Shown here piece after piece: positions 8,807-19,266 of a stretch of DNA of 34,969 nucleotides (its first letter is position 1; every line of letters begins with the position of its first letter). The notes under the pieces are model-generated. The model was not told where the DNA came from. It saw only the letters and a list, made by a program, of their open reading frames with translations, and did no database searches. The stretch lies in NCBI GenBank assembly GCA_001275005.1, contig JWZX01002103.1, forward strand, positions 1 through 34,969, read 5' to 3'. This stretch comes from Chrysochromulina tobinii. Its lineage: Eukaryota. Both the position numbers and the translations under genes were made by a program.

Positions 8807-11800
8807 ATGACCACCAAACGTCGTTCGAACACGGAGGTCGCCGATCGGCTCAACGAGTTTCACTTTGAAGGCGCAAATAAGCCTGGCGGTGAGCTGATCA
8901 ACCTCGCACACTGGATGTTTGGGTCCATTCCTCTCCATTGTTGACGCTCTCCCGTTTGCTCTCGCCCCCACAGCCAAGCCGTACCGCGAGCAGGGCACCG
9001 CAGCCTTCAATCTATCTCCGATCCAGCGCCAGCGGCGCGCCATCCGCGATTCAGCCAAGCTGAAATCCGCGTGCATGCAGTTCTGGACCGCTGCGGGCCT
9101 GCGCGAGGATCAGCACATGCCGTTCGAGCAGTACGCGCACATCCACCGGCGCATCTCGATGGCACTCGCGCCCGAGCTCGCCGAGGACGAGGCGCAGGAG
9201 GCGGCTCACGAGGACTGGACAGAGGACCTCGATGGCTGCAACCCGGCTGAAGGCATCCCCTTCGAAAAGTACTCGCGCGGACTCTTTGGCGTCGCGGACA
9301 TGTGGACGGAGACGGTGGACGAGCTGGCTTACGTCATCTTCATCAACAAGCTCTTCCGCCGCGTGACCGTGCTGCGCGAGCCGCCGGCCCCAGGCGCGAG
9401 CGCCGCCGGCGCAAGCTCAGAGCTCTCCCAGAGCCTGCCGCGCATGGGAAAGTCGAGACCGTGGGCGTCTGTACGTGTCGGCTCGACGAGCGAGGGGAGC
9501 GCGGGCGCCTTTGGCGGGCTTGCTGGCGTGGCGGGCTCCCTCCTGGCTGCCGCACGCGCGCTCACCTCCCCAGGCAAGCGTGAGGCCGGTGCTCAGGACG
9601 GCGCGGTCGCCGCCGGCGAGGGCGTCGCCGTGGACGGCGCTCAGGACGGCGCCCAACACGTCTCGGCGGCAACGTCTCCTGCGAGCGAAGGCGAGGGCAA
9701 GGCGTTCGCGGCGGCGGCGAGCAAGCTGAGGAGCAAGAGCGCCGAGCAGCGCAGCTCGAGATTCGAGCTCGAGGCTTCCCAGCGCACGACCAACCTGTGG
9801 AAGGGTGTGCGCGCGTCGATGCCCACCTTTCGAACCTTCCGCGAGCTCGACGAGATTGTGCCGCTCGCCGAGCAGGCAAAGGAGAAGCCGGCGCCGAACT
9901 TGACGAAGGGCGCCGCTGCGGGCGCCAAGCCTCGTAAGCGACGCACGGGCCGCCTCGCCAAGGAGAAGGACGCGGCGGGAGGCGCATTGAGCGCCGTGTC
10001 GGGCGCCGCGGCGGGACGCAGCGCCGTGTCGGGCGCCGCGGCGGGACGCGGCCCCAAGGAGAACCTAAGAGAGATGGCCTCGCGGATCAAAGCAGGGGCC
10101 AAGAAGGGTGAGCGACGCACGAGCCAGCCGGGCAAGGGCACCGCGGGCGCCGCCGGCGAGGGCGGCGAGGAGGGTGGCGACGAGGGCGAGTACGAGGACG
10201 AGGCGGCCGGAAGCGACGCCGGTCGGCCGGGAAACGTCTCGTTGCCGCCGACGAGCCCCACAGCGGCCTCGATTGGCTGTGGCCCCACAACTCAGAGCGA
10301 CACGTCGAGGCTCTCGTCGCCGCTCTCGCCTCTGCAAGTGCCCTCGGATGACGAGGCGGAGCCACCGGAAGGGCTCGCGAATGCGCCCAAGTCCTCATTC
10401 AGCCTCAAGCGCCGTGGTGCTGACGGGTGGGTCGACCTCGAAGGGCGATCCATCCGCACGCCCAGGTCACTCCTCCGTACTGCCGCCCGGCAGCGGCGAC
10501 AGGGCATCGACTCGCCCTCCGTGGCAGCTGGACGGGGGGACGCCGACGGGGGGGGGCGGCGGGCGGCGCTGCTACTGATGCTCAGGAGGCCGTACCTCCA
10601 CAGACCCTCGACGTGCGCTTTGCCGAGCTCCCAGACGCCCACCACGGAGCGATCCGGGAAAGTCCGATCAAGGCAGCCCGAACGCCCGGGCGGCTGCGCA
10701 CCCCAGGCTCCATGCGTGGTGCATCTCAATGGCCAGGCAAACGCGTCTCCATGGGCGGCGCCACGGTGGCCGAGAGCGCCGCGACGAGCGCCAGCGGTGG
10801 CGGCGGCTTGGGCGGTACGAGCGCCCATCACGGCGCGGGAAGTGCGAGTGCTCCACGGACACCCAAGGGCGGCTTGGTCACTCCCCGCACTCGTCTCAAG
10901 GGCTTCTTCCCGCGCTCTCCCGCGCGACCCGAGGGTGGAACTCAATCGGATGGCGAGGAAGAGATGCAAGAGCGTCGGGAGTGGCTCGCGCGCGCGATCG
11001 GCGACATCACGCCCGCTGGCGCGGGCGCCACCCCTGCTGGCGCCGCTTGCAGCGATGCCCATATGCGAGTGGCAGCCAGCCTGGTGGCAGGCAGCTCGTC
11101 TGGCAACTCGGCTTCCAAGGGCTCGGCTTCCAAGGGGGCCACCGCTGCAGGCTCGGCCGGCTCCTCTGGCGGCGCGGCGCGGCTGCGTGCGCTGCTCCAG
11201 CCGTCCTACTCCGATGATGAGGAAGACGCGGCATATGCGAGCACTCGACCGTTGGTCGTCGAGGCGCGAAAGCAAGTCCTGCCAACTGGCCCCACTGGCA
11301 CGTTTCGTCGCGCCGAGGGGAGCTCGGCAGGCGCGCACCTCGTGGCGCTCGGCCAGCAGCGTGCGCGGGAGAGGGCGCGTGCGCGCGCTGGCGATCTCTC
11401 CTCGCGTGGCGCCGCTGCGAGGGCGGCGTACGGCGCGGCCTATGATGACGACGACGACGACGACGACGACGACAGCGGCGGCGACGACGACGACGACGAG
11501 GACGACGAGGAGGAGGAGGCGCCCAGATTCTGGGGCTCCAAGTGGACGAAACTTACCGGTAAGCCACAGAAGGGCTTGGAGATCTTCAACGAACGACTCA
11601 AAGCGGCCCTGCGTACGAAGCAGGAGTTCAGCGCAGAGGAGTTCGGCGACTTTGGGGTGCGAGCGCTCAAGGCGGACAGCTTCATCAAGGTGGATGACCA
11701 ATACTTTGTGCAAGCTGGCACTACGCCTTTTGCAAAGGGGCCGGCGACTCTCCCAGACGGCTCGAAGAGTCTCACGGCTCCCGGGTGGGGAGAGTCGCCA

Positions 11801-12823
11801 GGCAAGCGAGAGGGCTTTTGGCGCAAGCGCACGAAGGCGCGTCAGGAGGAGATACGGGAGCAAGGGGACTCGGTCGCTGCGGAGATGGCCTCCCGGCGGG
11901 AGTCGTTGCTTCGCAAGTCGCTCGACATCTTCCGTCCGCTGCCGCGTCTCGGCATTCTTGCACAGGCGCTCTCGCCGCTCAAGTCTCCGCGCCGGCCCAG
12001 CACCGCACCCGGCGCGCCTGCCACCCCCGGCGCGCCTGCTACCCCAGGGTCGACAAGCAAGTGGTCCAACGCAAGCTCCGCTGGCAGCGGCGCTGGCAGC
12101 GGTGCTGCCGGTGGCTCTGAGATGGGCTCGACGGGCAAGCTGCCATCGCCGCGTCGGTCCGTCTCATCGACTGTCAGAAGCGTCCTCGCGAGCCGCGGCA
12201 AAAAGTACTCCCACGATGGGCAGCTAGGCACGACGCCCAGCGCTGCCGGCGCAGTTCTGGGCGCGGAGAGGTCCGAGCCCAGCGAGCTTCAGAAGCGCAT
12301 CGATGCGGCGATGGGCTTTCAACGCTCCGTCTTCCAGACCAGAGATACTGTCGACCTGGGCGCCGGCGGCAAACACATCGACCCGGGCTCCTTCGACGCT
12401 GATGCGGCCGCTGTCTTCCGTCTGGGCGCGGGCGGCTTGCGCGCCCAAGCTGCCGCCGCCCAGGCCGCTGCCGCCGAGAACGCCGCCGCCGCCCAGGCCG
12501 AGACCGAGGCGGCGGAGCTTCCGTCCACGTTTGGGGCGGCGGAGCTTCCATCCACATTTGGGCGTCCACTCGACTTGAGCCCCAGTGGCGCCGCCGTCCC
12601 CATTGTCAGTCATCCGCGCCCGGGTCTTGTCGGGCACGAATCGTTGGCCATCAACGGCGGGGTGGCGCTCTCGAGGGCGCGGCCGGGTGGGTTGGCCGCG
12701 TCGCTCGGCGGCTCACAAGCCATCGAAGCGCATTCGGATCTGGCCGCCCTCTCGCGCAGCACACAGGCGTTCGCTCCGCGCCCCGGGCTCTCCTTCAACC
12801 ACGGATCCGTCAGCAGCAAGTGA
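8807..12823 (+). CDS. Large mostly low-complexity protein (~1310 aa reconstructed): join(8807..8888, 8974..12823) with a one-base frameshift at the G9 run 10548-10556
   Basis: The phase-1 intron joins MTTKRR...KPG to AKPYREQG in frame. The frame-8919 translation becomes Arg-rich nonsense after GDADGGG, while frame 10427 is protein-like from GAAGGAATDAQ. Adding one G to the G9 run fuses the two frames. Confidence 0.72.
8889..8973 (+). other. Spliceosomal intron (85 bp)
   Basis: G|GTGAGC donor, TTGAC branch-like motif at 8941, pyrimidine tract and CACAG acceptor. Phase is consistent (G+CC = Ala). Confidence 0.8.
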
Positions 12824-12979
12824 CGCCCAACACTACGCCAACACGACGCCATCAACCAGCGAGGCCTTGTGGACGGCGTGCGGACCGTGCATCGCCCGGC
12901 ACTGCTCAGCATGTCGCATGCATCTTGGTTCTTGCTCACCGCCGCATGAGGAGAAGCGCGTGCGGCGGAACCGTAATTC

Positions 12980-13033
12980 TCACCTCTAGAGAGAGAGCTG
13001 GGTTCGTCACCTCTAGAGAGAGAGCTGGGTTCG
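12980..13033. repeat. Perfect 27-bp tandem duplication (TCACCTCTAGAGAGAGAGCTGGGTTCG x2)
   Basis: Read directly from the sequence, in a convergent intergenic region. Confidence 0.9.
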
Positions 13034-13262
13034 TTGCTCGAGTTGCTGCCCGAGAAGTCGTTAGCCGTTCGGCGGTTGGCGCTCGTGTGCGACCGTGACC
13101 TGTGGTGCATATGTGCGGGACATAACCGTCTTGGTCCGAGAGCGACAGTTTATTGAGGATATAGCGTTCAGATCTGCCTCCAGATACGTCATAGACCTCG
13201 CGAGTCAGACACGGAGAACGTTCGTCGCGTCGCGTCACCGCGGGCCCGCGGGTTAGTGTAAT

Positions 13263-14339
13263 TCACGTCACCCCTGCGGTCCCTATCAAGTGAACTTTCT
13301 CCCTACCAGCTTGCGTCTTCACATCCGGATCTGCGTGCATGTACAGACCTAAGTAGTGCGCTACGCGCACGTGCTCGTGGTAGACCAACCCACTGAGCGA
13401 CACCACCACGGCACCGCAGATGAACTCGAAGCTCAATTCCAAGCCGAGGCCGAGCTGCGCGATCAGCGCGGACACGACGAGCGCAAGGACGCGGCTGAAG
13501 GAGTAGGCATTGGCGCCGAGCAGACTGAAGAAGAGGGCCATGGTCAGGTCGGCGGCAGCAATGGAGAGCGCGGAGACCACGTCGGTGGTCTCGATGCCCC
13601 TCAGAAGGGCGAGATGAGGCCGGCTGGCCAAATACGCCGCCCAGGCGGACTCAAGCAGCCACTGCGGATGCATCGCAACGAGCAGGACAGCATTGACCCC
13701 AAGACCGTAGAGGGCGACAGCGGAAGCGTGGAGCAGCGGCCCTCCTGGCGCCTTCTCTGCGGCGCCTTCGAAGCACACGCCCTGGATGGCAAACAGGAGC
13801 GCGTTGCACAGCACTGCGGCGATGCCCTGCCACCAGCCATGCTCCAAGGTAGGTGCAGCCAGAACGCCGCCTGGCTTCGCTATCTCCGCGGGGCTGTGCG
13901 AGCACAGCGTCGCACCCGCCACCAGCATCACCAGCGTGCACCATTGCAGCGCCCCTAGCTGGCGGTGCGGCAGCAGGATCTTGGCCACGCAGGCCGTCGC
14001 CGAGATCGACGCCGCCTTGTATATGACCTGATAGGTCATTGGGCCCAGCCGCCGCATAGAATAGGCAAAACCCTGATTGCAGAATGCAAGGCCGACGGCC
14101 GGAATCGCGAAGGCGCTGACGGTGCTGCGCGCCAGCAGTAGAGGCATCCATCGCTCCCTGGTGAAGGTGAGCAGCGCCACGATGGTCGCAGCCAGCTTTG
14201 CCATTTCGCAGAGGACCATCGTTGCTAGGAACGGGTACGAGTGCTCGTTGTGCTGCGAGATGGCTAATGAGAGCGGCTCCCACGCTTTCGACACGGTCGC
14301 GGCAACGAACGCGGCCGTTTCCATGCGTCTCCCGGGCAT
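13263..14339 (-). CDS. Nucleotide-sugar transporter (SLC35A / CMP-sialic acid-UDP-Gal transporter-like, DMT superfamily)
   Basis: About 9-10 hydrophobic helices. VLCEMAKL, FAIPA...FCN, TYQVIYK, LGALQW and QGVCFE match the SLC35A motif pattern. Substrate cannot be inferred. Confidence 0.75.
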   Translation of the reverse strand: MPGRRMETAAFVAATVSKAWEPLSLAISQHNEHSYPFLATMVLCEMAKLAATIVALLTFTRERWMPLLLARSTVSAFAIPAVGLAFCNQGFAYSMRRLGPMTYQVIYKAASISATACVAKILLPHRQLGALQWCTLVMLVAGATLCSHSPAEIAKPGGVLAAPTLEHGWWQGIAAVLCNALLFAIQGVCFEGAAEKAPGGPLLHASAVALYGLGVNAVLLVAMHPQWLLESAWAAYLASRPHLALLRGIETTDVVSALSIAAADLTMALFFSLLGANAYSFSRVLALVVSALIAQLGLGLELSFEFICGAVVVSLSGLVYHEHVRVAHYLGLYMHADPDVKTQAGREKVHLIGTAGVT

Positions 14340-14479
14340 CACAATTGCCCTGGGAGCCTGGGTTACGCTTGCCTTTTAGGGCAATTCGCGCGAGAACACA
14401 CGCGCCTCGTGAAAGAAATCACCGACATCGACTCAGTGACTTCACACACTGACCGCATGAACAGGAATGCTGCCGGCAC

Positions 14480-15919
14480 ATGCCATCCTCCAAACCTTGC
14501 ACTGCCCGTGACGTGCGTGGGCTAGGCGCGGACTCCGATGGCTATGTCAGAACGTATGCGCATGGGGCGCGTGACAGATTTTGGAGCCTCTGCAGCACGC
14601 CACTCGCATTGCTCAAGGAGGCGGGCTGGAGAGATGTCACGCAGAGCAGAGGAAAGTGGACGCCTCGCTTCCTCTTCTTTTGTGATGGCGCCATGTCCAA
14701 TCCCCTTGATGATCAGCTGTATCGAAACGCTACAGCGCTCGCGTGGCAAGCACGCGAAATGTGCCGAGTGCACGATGGGTGTCGCGTGGAGTCTTTGCCG
14801 ATCGTCATCGTCAACCGCGCGCAGAAGAGGGTGGGCACCGTGTGCCGGCTCGGGCGGAAGCAAGAATCTCTCCACCGCTGGACAAAGGTGGCCGAGAGCA
14901 GTGCCGGGTGCAGCATCAGCTCTGTCGCAATCCCACAGTCGTTCAGCTTGCCAAGCGATTGCGCACGCTTTGGTGCTGCGGTTGCGAAGAATGCATCAAT
15001 TGCCTGGATCATCAAGCCCTCAGACAAGATGCATGGTGCGGGTATCGTCTACCTGCCAAAGCAGCGCGCTCAATTGCAATGGAGCGCGCACTGCCACGAG
15101 CAGGTGATTGCGCAGGAGTACGTGGAGCCTCTGCCAATCGAGGGTGGCTACAAGTTTGACCTTCGCGCCTTCCTCCTCGTGATCGCGCGCGGCGGGGACC
15201 GGCCGCTGAGGGCGTTCTACCATCGGGGGTTTGCGCGCCGCTCAGACACAGTGTACAGCCCGAACTCGTCCAGCACCAACTCGCACGTCACCAACGCAGG
15301 GACGCAGACTGGCACGAGTCAGCATTTCCTCAGCTATGGGCGTGTGGGTCGGGCACTCTCCCATGAGTATGGCCTACCTTCGACACACATGACCGAGACG
15401 GTGCCTTCTCAGATGAAGCGGCTCATGGAGTTTCATATACGCTCTCTGGACGTGGGCACAGAGTGCACCCACCCAGGCGTGACGGCGGCGGGCCAGCCCT
15501 TGAGCCCTTCTGTGGGAAGTTTCCAGATGATGGCCGCTGATTTCGCTATGGACCCACGAGGCAACGTGTGGCTGCTCGAGGTGAACACCTCTCCCCATTG
15601 GGGCGCCTATCCGACTGACGACAAGCTGACTCCAAGCGTGTATCGCAGCGCTCTAGAGCTCGTGCTTGCCGTTCACGAGGGCACAAGCCCTCGAGCTGGC
15701 GCCCGGGACGACGCTGGGGAGCCTCGTTGCCACGCGGCCTGGGAACCGTTGCACGTGGACACGCTCGCGCAACCGCCACGGGCATACAATGCCTGCCAGG
15801 TCGTTCCAGCTCCGTCCAGGGATGGTAGGCCATTCCAGCTCCGTCCCCGGGTACTCACAAAGCTCGCAAAGCTCGCAAAGCTGTCGTTGTTCGAACAGCT
15901 TTCGAAAAGTTTAGGTTAG
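14480..15919 (+). CDS. Tubulin-tyrosine ligase-like (TTLL) ATP-grasp protein
   Basis: WIIKP...GAGI, IAQEYV.P, KFDLRAFLLV, HVTN and FQMMAADF...WLLEVNTSP. Confidence 0.88.
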   Translation: MPSSKPCTARDVRGLGADSDGYVRTYAHGARDRFWSLCSTPLALLKEAGWRDVTQSRGKWTPRFLFFCDGAMSNPLDDQLYRNATALAWQAREMCRVHDGCRVESLPIVIVNRAQKRVGTVCRLGRKQESLHRWTKVAESSAGCSISSVAIPQSFSLPSDCARFGAAVAKNASIAWIIKPSDKMHGAGIVYLPKQRAQLQWSAHCHEQVIAQEYVEPLPIEGGYKFDLRAFLLVIARGGDRPLRAFYHRGFARRSDTVYSPNSSSTNSHVTNAGTQTGTSQHFLSYGRVGRALSHEYGLPSTHMTETVPSQMKRLMEFHIRSLDVGTECTHPGVTAAGQPLSPSVGSFQMMAADFAMDPRGNVWLLEVNTSPHWGAYPTDDKLTPSVYRSALELVLAVHEGTSPRAGARDDAGEPRCHAAWEPLHVDTLAQPPRAYNACQVVPAPSRDGRPFQLRPRVLTKLAKLAKLSLFEQLSKSLG

Positions 15920-16770
15920 CCGGGAGGTTGGCGTGAGGTTAGCATCGCCACGACGCTGAGCTCCATGGTCTGGCTTTACAGCGTGCCGCGCAGCGCCACG
16001 GGTAGTCGTACAAATATGATGTACGTGACCACAAATCGCGTACGGAGTTTTGGTCAGACTCCCAGCACGTGTATTTCAGACACATACGTGGGTCGTGGCT
16101 CCGCTCGAGGTGTGCGCACCTGATGCCTGGGGTGTCCCCCTCGCGCCTCGCCACGGTCATGGCCACGGTGTGCGCTGCCCCTGTTGGCATGGTTTACTTA
16201 CTTGAGGTGTGCGCACTAATTGTGTGCGCACCTGCAGCTCCCCTAAGTACTCTTGAAGCTCTTGTCGGGGTTTGCATGGCGCAGGATCCAGGAACAGCCC
16301 CTGGAACAGCGCAGGCGTAGGGCCGAAAACTTTGATTTTCATCACTCACTCACCGCTCGAGCACCGCACTCACTCAAACTCACACTCACTCCGCGGAAAT
16401 CTAGGTGGGTGTGGATGGACACTACGGCCGAACGTTCCACTTCACTCAACAGAACACACATTCACACAGAGGACACGACCACGCTTACGTTACGTGTACG
16501 GTGCATGGGGTTGGATCATTTGCATTCTGAAACGCGTGCATGCAATTGTGGAGCCATTTTCGCATGTTTTCGAAGTGGCGTCGCGTCGCGATGGACGATA
16601 CGATGGTCGTCGGTCGTCGCGACGAGGCCAACGCCGAGGGCGTACTAGAAAATTTGAAAGAAGCGGCCCACCTCAGCCGTTGCCTGCTGATTGCATGTGA
16701 GACGGGTAACCCTGAGTGCACGAGGCTGCTGCTCGCCGCCCACGCCGCCGTCGACCAGGCAGATAGCAAC

Positions 16771-17661
16771 AGCGCCACGCCTCTGCTCGCCGCCTGCAGC
16801 AAAGGCCACGGCGACTGCGTGCAGGTCTTGCTCACCGCCCACGCCGCCGTCAACCAAGCAGACCGAAGCGGCGCCTCGCCTCTGTTCCACGCCTGCTACA
16901 AAGGCGACGGCGACTGCGTGCAGCTTCTGCTCGGCGCCCACGCCGCCGTCAACCAAGCAGACAGGAACGGCTACACACCTCTGCTCGCCGCCTGCGATAG
17001 AGGCCACGGCAACTGTGCGCTGGTGCTGCTTACCGCCCACGCCGCCGTCGACCAGGCAGCCAGCAACGGCTACACGCCTCTGCTCGCCGCCTGCAGCAAA
17101 GGCCACGGCGACTGCGTGCAGGTGCTGCTCGGCGCCCACGCAGCCGTCGACCAGCCAAACAGCAACGGCTACACGCCTCTGCTCGCCGCCTGCAGCAAAG
17201 GCCACTGCGACTGCGTGCAGGTGCTGCTCGGCGCCCACGCCGCCGTCGACCAGCCAGCCAGCGACGGCGCCACGCCTTTGATCTCCGCCTGCTACAAAGG
17301 CGACGGCGACTGCGTACAGGTGCTGCTCGGCGCCCACGCCGCCGTTGACAAGGCAAACAGCAATGGCGCCACGCCTTTGTACATCGCCTGCTACAGAGGT
17401 GACAGCTACTGTGCGCAGCTGCTGCTCGGCGCCCACGCCGCCGTCGACCAGGCAGACAGCGGCGGCACCACGCCTCTGATCGCCGCCTGCGATAAAGGCG
17501 ACGGCGACTGCGTGCAGCTGCTGCTCGGCGCCTACGCAGCCGTCGACAAGGCAAACAGCAACGGCGCCACGCCTCTGCTCGCTGCCTGCTACAAAGGCCA
17601 CGGCGACTGCGTGCAGCTGCTTCTCACCGCCCACGCCGCCGTGAACCAGGCCGCCAGCAAC
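16771..17661 (+). repeat. Nine highly similar 99-bp ankyrin-coding tandem repeats
   Basis: Protein consensus GxTPLxxACxxG(H/D)GDCVQ(V/L)LL(G/T)AHAAV(D/N)Qxxxx; the DNA units are visibly near-identical. Confidence 0.95.
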
Positions 17662-18664
17662 GGCGGCGAAACGCCTCTTCACGCCGCTTGTACCGCGGGA
17701 TCGATCTACATAGTCAAGCTGCTCGTGCATGCTGGCGCTCGCCCCGACTCGCAATCTTGTTTTGGCACAGCCCTCGATTTCGCAGAGGCCCAAGGCCATG
17801 CCGTCATTGCAAGATTCCTGCACAGCAGGCACCACGCACCTGCGGCCATCGCTGCGGTCGCTCCGGTGTCGACTGCGGAGCGTGCGGCAGCCGAGCGGGC
17901 AGCCGAGCTTGCCGCTGCGGCTCTGCTGGCTCAGGAGGAGGTGGAGGCGGCGCACAGGCAGCAGGCGAAGACGAAGAAAGCGAGCAAGAAATCCAAAGCA
18001 AAGCCGGCAGGGGCGAGCAAGGCGAGAGCGCCGGTAGCGAGTGCGTCAGCGGCCGCGAGCGGCAGCTCCGAGGCGGACAACGGTGTGTTGGCGGCGGCTG
18101 GCGACGAGGACGGCGTGGGTCCCGCTCCTTCTGCCCGCCGCCGACGAGGCGCTGCGTGTGGCCATGGCGTCCGCGCAGTACGAGGGCCTGGTCGGTGCGA
18201 TCGAGGAGCACCACGCACTCGCGAGCGAGGGTGTGGTGGAGGCGAGGGCGATGCGCGAGCGCTCGCACAAGAAGCGCAAGCAAGAGAGCCAGAAGCTGCG
18301 TCGCAAGCACGCGGCGGAGATGGAGATGCAAGCCAGCCTGTCGAAGCTGTCTCTGCTCGAGGTCACCCAGTCGCCGCCTGTCGCAGGCTCAGCATCCGTA
18401 GAAGCGGCGCCTGCATCGGAGGCCCCCGAGGCTGAGGATGACGTGGAGGCGACTGCTGCGGCAGAGGCGGCCGTAGCGGAGGCGCCCGATGCGGAGATGG
18501 CCGCGACGGCCGCGGCCGCGGCGGCAGAGCAGGCGACAAACGAGGCCGAGAAGGCGGCGGTACGGGTAGCGGCGCTCAAGGCCGCCAAGGCCGCCAAGGC
18601 GGAGGTCGCGTGGGCAGCCAGGGCTCAGGCGGAGGCCAAGGAGGCTGAGGCGATTAGGCAAACA

Positions 18665-18724
18665 GCGGAGGCGGAGAGGGCGGAGGCGGAGAGGGCGGAG
18701 GTTGAGAGGGCGGAGGTGGAGAGG
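18665..18724 (+). repeat. 15-bp coding minisatellite GCGGAGGCGGAGAGG (AEAER/AEVER) x4
   Basis: Read directly from the sequence. Confidence 0.9.
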
Positions 18725-19266
18725 CGCGGACGGGATCGCCTGCTTTGGCCTTCTCTCTTACGAACGCAAACCATGGCGGCTCTGGCTTCGGCCCTGGGCG
18801 TTGCGGCCTCGCCTGTGCGCCTCACGTGCGAGGACATTCTACCGGCGCGGCTCATCAAACTGGCCGGGTCGGGTGATAGGGAGGGCGTCGCGTCATGGCT
18901 CTCGGACTGTGGTGGTCACATCGATGCGACTTACAACCGTCGCGACGGAACCGTCCACGGGCTGACCATGCTCATGGCGGCCAGCATAGGCGGTCACGTG
19001 GACATGTAGTGGACATGGTGCACTCCCTGCTCGAGCGGCATGCAAAGATAGATCTGACCACGAGAGATGGCTTTTCGGCGCTGATGGGCGCATGCCTACA
19101 AGGACACCCTGGCGTGGTCAAGCGGCTCCTGCATGCGCAGGCGAACACCGAGCTCAAAGCATCTCACGGTGCCACGGCCCTCGACCTCGCAGGCGGGAAG
19201 ATGACGCCCGCTCACGTGGAGTGCACTGACCTGATCAGCTTACACAGTGGCCGGCTCGTGCGGTGG

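Noticed and set aside
10292..11863. Long antisense or overlapping ORFs (e.g. 10292..11863-, 16645..17955-, 894..1961-, 23680..24579+)
   Set aside because: These are shadow ORFs of GC-rich or repetitive sense genes, with no recognisable motifs.
10557..12227. C-terminal half of the 1102-aa ORF 8919..12227 as a real protein
   Set aside because: The Arg-rich, poly-Thr translation is the off-frame reading of the Asp/Glu-rich frame 10427; stop-poor alternative frames are expected at this GC content.
15920..16590. Short ORFs or element termini upstream of the ankyrin gene
   Set aside because: The ORFs are short and motif-less. The GTGTGCGCAC repeats form only a small imperfect palindrome, and I found no matching terminal repeat downstream of the gene.
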